DNA of 64,000 bases, taken from Amoebophrya sp. A120. Lineage: Eukaryota > Protista > Dinoflagellata. Made by a program: the position numbers and the translations under genes. Below, one piece after another: positions 61,801-64,000 of the stretch. A model generated the notes under the pieces. It searched no databases. It was given only the letters and a program-made list of their open reading frames with translations, and was not told where the DNA came from. The number at the start of each line of letters is the position of its first letter. Within the stretch, counting starts at the first letter, position 1. The DNA lies in contig CAJINV010000011.1 of NCBI GenBank assembly GCA_905178155.1, forward strand, positions 1,887,939 through 1,951,938, written 5' to 3'.

Positions 61801-64000
61801 TCTTTTCACCAGTCGTTGTAGCGGAAGAGCCGCTAGCTGTTGTACCCGACTCCACAGCTCCACCCGTAGGAGCAGTAGTACCACCAGCACATCCGGGCGG
61901 CGGTAACAGTGGAGGCAGCGCCGGGGGCTGCGGCGCGACCGCCGGGGCGGCGGTCTTATTGGCGGTCGTGGACGAGGACAGTGTTCCATTTGTTCCGCCA
62001 GCAGTAGAAGTACAGCTGGGAAGCTGCTGGTGCAGCATCTGGGCAAATTGCAGGCTGTTCTGCTGCAGCTGCGTCGTGAGGCTCGTGCTATCCAATCTGC
62101 TTGGAGGCAACATCGCTAGTACGCCCTGATGTTGATTCCCGCTCTTCATGAGCGCCGCCGGGTCAGCCGGGAGGGAGAAGGTGCGCTGCAACTCCCGCGA
62201 TTTGCCCGAATTCCGGGCGGCCGGGACGAAACCAGCCACGCCATTCGCGTTCGGGGCCGACTGCGCAGAGGGCTGGTCCGGAAGCTTCGGCAGCGGGTGA
62301 GAAGTATTATTATACTGAAGATGGTGCGCCGGCAGGGGCTGGCCAGTAGTCGAAGTCGTGGTTCCCCGAGCGGTAGTTGCCATTTGATCTGAGATTCAGT
62401 GTTCATCTTTTTATCCTCGCAAGGCTGAGCAATTGCGATCGTCTACAAGATCACTAAAACAACATCTTCGGTACTATATCAATTTGATTGACCAGAACGA
62501 AAAATCCCAAAATTTACCTTGTCCGTGTTCGGCCTTCTTTGCGTCCTCGCCGGTAGAGGTTTTCATCCCCTCCACTCTCGAAGCATTTTGTCCTGGCACG
62601 TTTTGTTCGCCCTGCTGTCCATTTGGCGACGCAGAAGGCAACTTGAACGGTGGTGGGGGCGGTGGGGGGCCTGAAAATACTCGCTTTATGTTGTATTGAT
62701 GTGATAAATATGTCGTGTGTGTAGTGGCCACCTCGCAGCGGTGATGTACAACTTCGTAGGTACGTGATTCCGTAGATTTCTTTTTCAAATATGCATCGGA
62801 CTGACAAGGAGAGGCAAACAAAATTGTGTCAGTACACATTCCCTTCTTGGTCAATCGCCTCGGTGGCGGTCCAGCGGCCTCTGGAATGAACGGTGCCAGC
62901 ACAAGGTCGTTCGGAAACGGCAAGAGGGTATGAGAGTGAAAAGAAAATTAAGAACTAATTTCCTTTATTGTTATGTCACTTTCTGATCAACTACACATCA
63001 GTTCATCCAGAACGTGAAATTCCCTTCTGCGAGTAGTATCTTGCTATTATGCCAGACAAATCGAGAACCAAACCCCCTTCTAAAAAAACGATGAACAGCG
63101 GGCAGTGCGCTAGTGCTGTAGTACTGTCACTCACGAGTTGTATACATCAGTCTTGCTTTAGCTTTTTCTGGTGCATGCTGACAATGTATGAATTGATAGT
63201 GACAGGCTGAAACGTCACTTAAGCGGGATGAAAGTAGTTCTCCTCCACTTTCGTAGGCAGCTGGCAGCGGCGTAAACCCCGGGGTCGTGAGCGACGCGTC
63301 TGTAGTGACGTCGTGTGTAGTGTCTTCTGATGTTGTGAAGAAGACGGGATGAAAGAAACGCCAATGCTATATAAATAGCTTTCATCAAGGTAAATAACAA
63401 TCTGTACCCGTGTGCATCCCGGTGAGCTGGCTCTGGTTCAGCATGTGCGCTGCCGCGGAGGAGACCATCGCTATGGAAGCGTCAGGATTGAAATCGTCAA
63501 AGTTGAAATAACTTGTAATGCATAAAATCGATACCAGTTGGAAGCCCACTTTCTAAGCGGCTTTTGTCATGCTGCTTTGTCGCCGACGACTGCTTTTGTC
63601 ATGCTACTCTGGCAGCTCTATCGCAGACCCAAAACAGGCTGACAGTCGGCCGCGCTTGCCGTCCCTGCAAGAGAGGCACTTCATGCCTTGCAGTTTATGC
63701 ATGAGAAATTATTTCAACTTTGTCGATTTCGATCCTGACGCTTCCATAATCGCGGCCGTAGTCGTAGAAGTGTTCAAAGCCGAAACCGTATGAGAGTGCA
63801 CAACTCCCCCTCCCCCGCACTTCTCATGCAAGATCCCAAATGCAAGCGCCGCTTTGTGGCACCCTTTGCATGACAGACTTCGCCGGAAGAAGGCGCCCAA
63901 AGAACAGTACTACAACACTAGGTGCCTGAACTTGTCATGCGGAGCCCCCACGCGCGCTGGTGTTTGTATTGCTGTAGTGTATGCCATACAAATGAGGGCA
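58801..64000 (-). CDS. Large Q/N/P/A-rich low-complexity protein with C-terminal VKNTFL motif; 5' end outside the window
   Basis: ORF segments join in frame across introners 60919, 59840, 59148 and 58853, ending SMRVKNTFLNYNDPARCSPCEKNGRSRSV*. A GT-AG intron at ~62389-62517 links upstream exons. Some junctions unresolved. Confidence 0.65.
58853..59081. mobile_element. Introner family C (opposite orientation to 47703)
   Basis: TIR TATGAGAG.GCACAACTCCCCCTCCCCCTCATT; perfect DR CAGGA. Confidence 0.95.
59148..59400. mobile_element. Introner family A, subtype A2
   Basis: TIR TATCAA.TGCAAA.GTGTCTGG; perfect DR CACCG. Confidence 0.93.
59840..60019. mobile_element. Introner family J (degenerate)
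   Basis: TIR TAT(G)CA.GTGCAAA..TTTCTATC.ACC; DR ACTGA/AGCGA (3/5); removal of element plus 5 nt restores frame; internal GCATTACA and GCATCACA. Confidence 0.78.
60919..61171. mobile_element. Introner family A, subtype A2, reverse orientation
   Basis: TIR TAT.CATTGCAAATATGTCTGGGTC.GGAA; perfect DR GCTGA; removal gives QLLS-QNAAST. Confidence 0.95.
63472..63748. mobile_element. Introner family B
   Basis: 40-bp TIR TATGGAAGCGTCAGGAT.GAAATCG.CAAAGTTGAAATAA; perfect DR ATCGC. Confidence 0.95.
63789..64000. mobile_element. Introner family C, truncated by the window end
   Basis: Left TIR TATGAGAGTGCACAACTCCCCCTCCCCC; start of the right TIR (atacaaatgaggg) in the last bases. Confidence 0.85.

Overview
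Eukaryotic genomic DNA; gene content and intron style point to an alveolate, probably a syndinean dinoflagellate such as Amoebophrya (inference, not verified). All reconstructable genes lie on the minus strand: a GGC1-type mitochondrial GTP/GDP carrier, ARL6/BBS3, a HIRA-like WD40 protein, an SPFH/band-7 protein, a C2H2-finger membrane protein and several unknown proteins. The dominant feature is an invasion of non-canonical, transposon-like introns (introners). I resolved 25 complete copies and one truncated copy in about 10 terminal-inverted-repeat (TIR) families. Almost all start TAT and end ATA and are flanked by a 5-bp direct repeat (DR; perfect in 18 of 25). Most carry repeated GCATNACA/TGTNATGC motifs. 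Removing the element plus 5 nt restores the host reading frame. IR/DR introners are already reported for Amoebophrya. What looks new here: (1) one A subtype is followed 43-50 nt later by one I subtype in 3 of 3 cases, in unrelated exons; (2) four families occur in both orientations inside same-strand genes; (3) one internal motif is shared across unrelated TIR families; (4) an empty-site duplicate supports the 5-bp target duplication; (5) one introner carries about 1.15 kb of cargo. Also present: a MITE with a 6-bp TSD, a 75-bp higher-order satellite, and GC-rich degenerate repeat islands. Family letters are my own labels. Exon structures are inferred by eye without RNA data.
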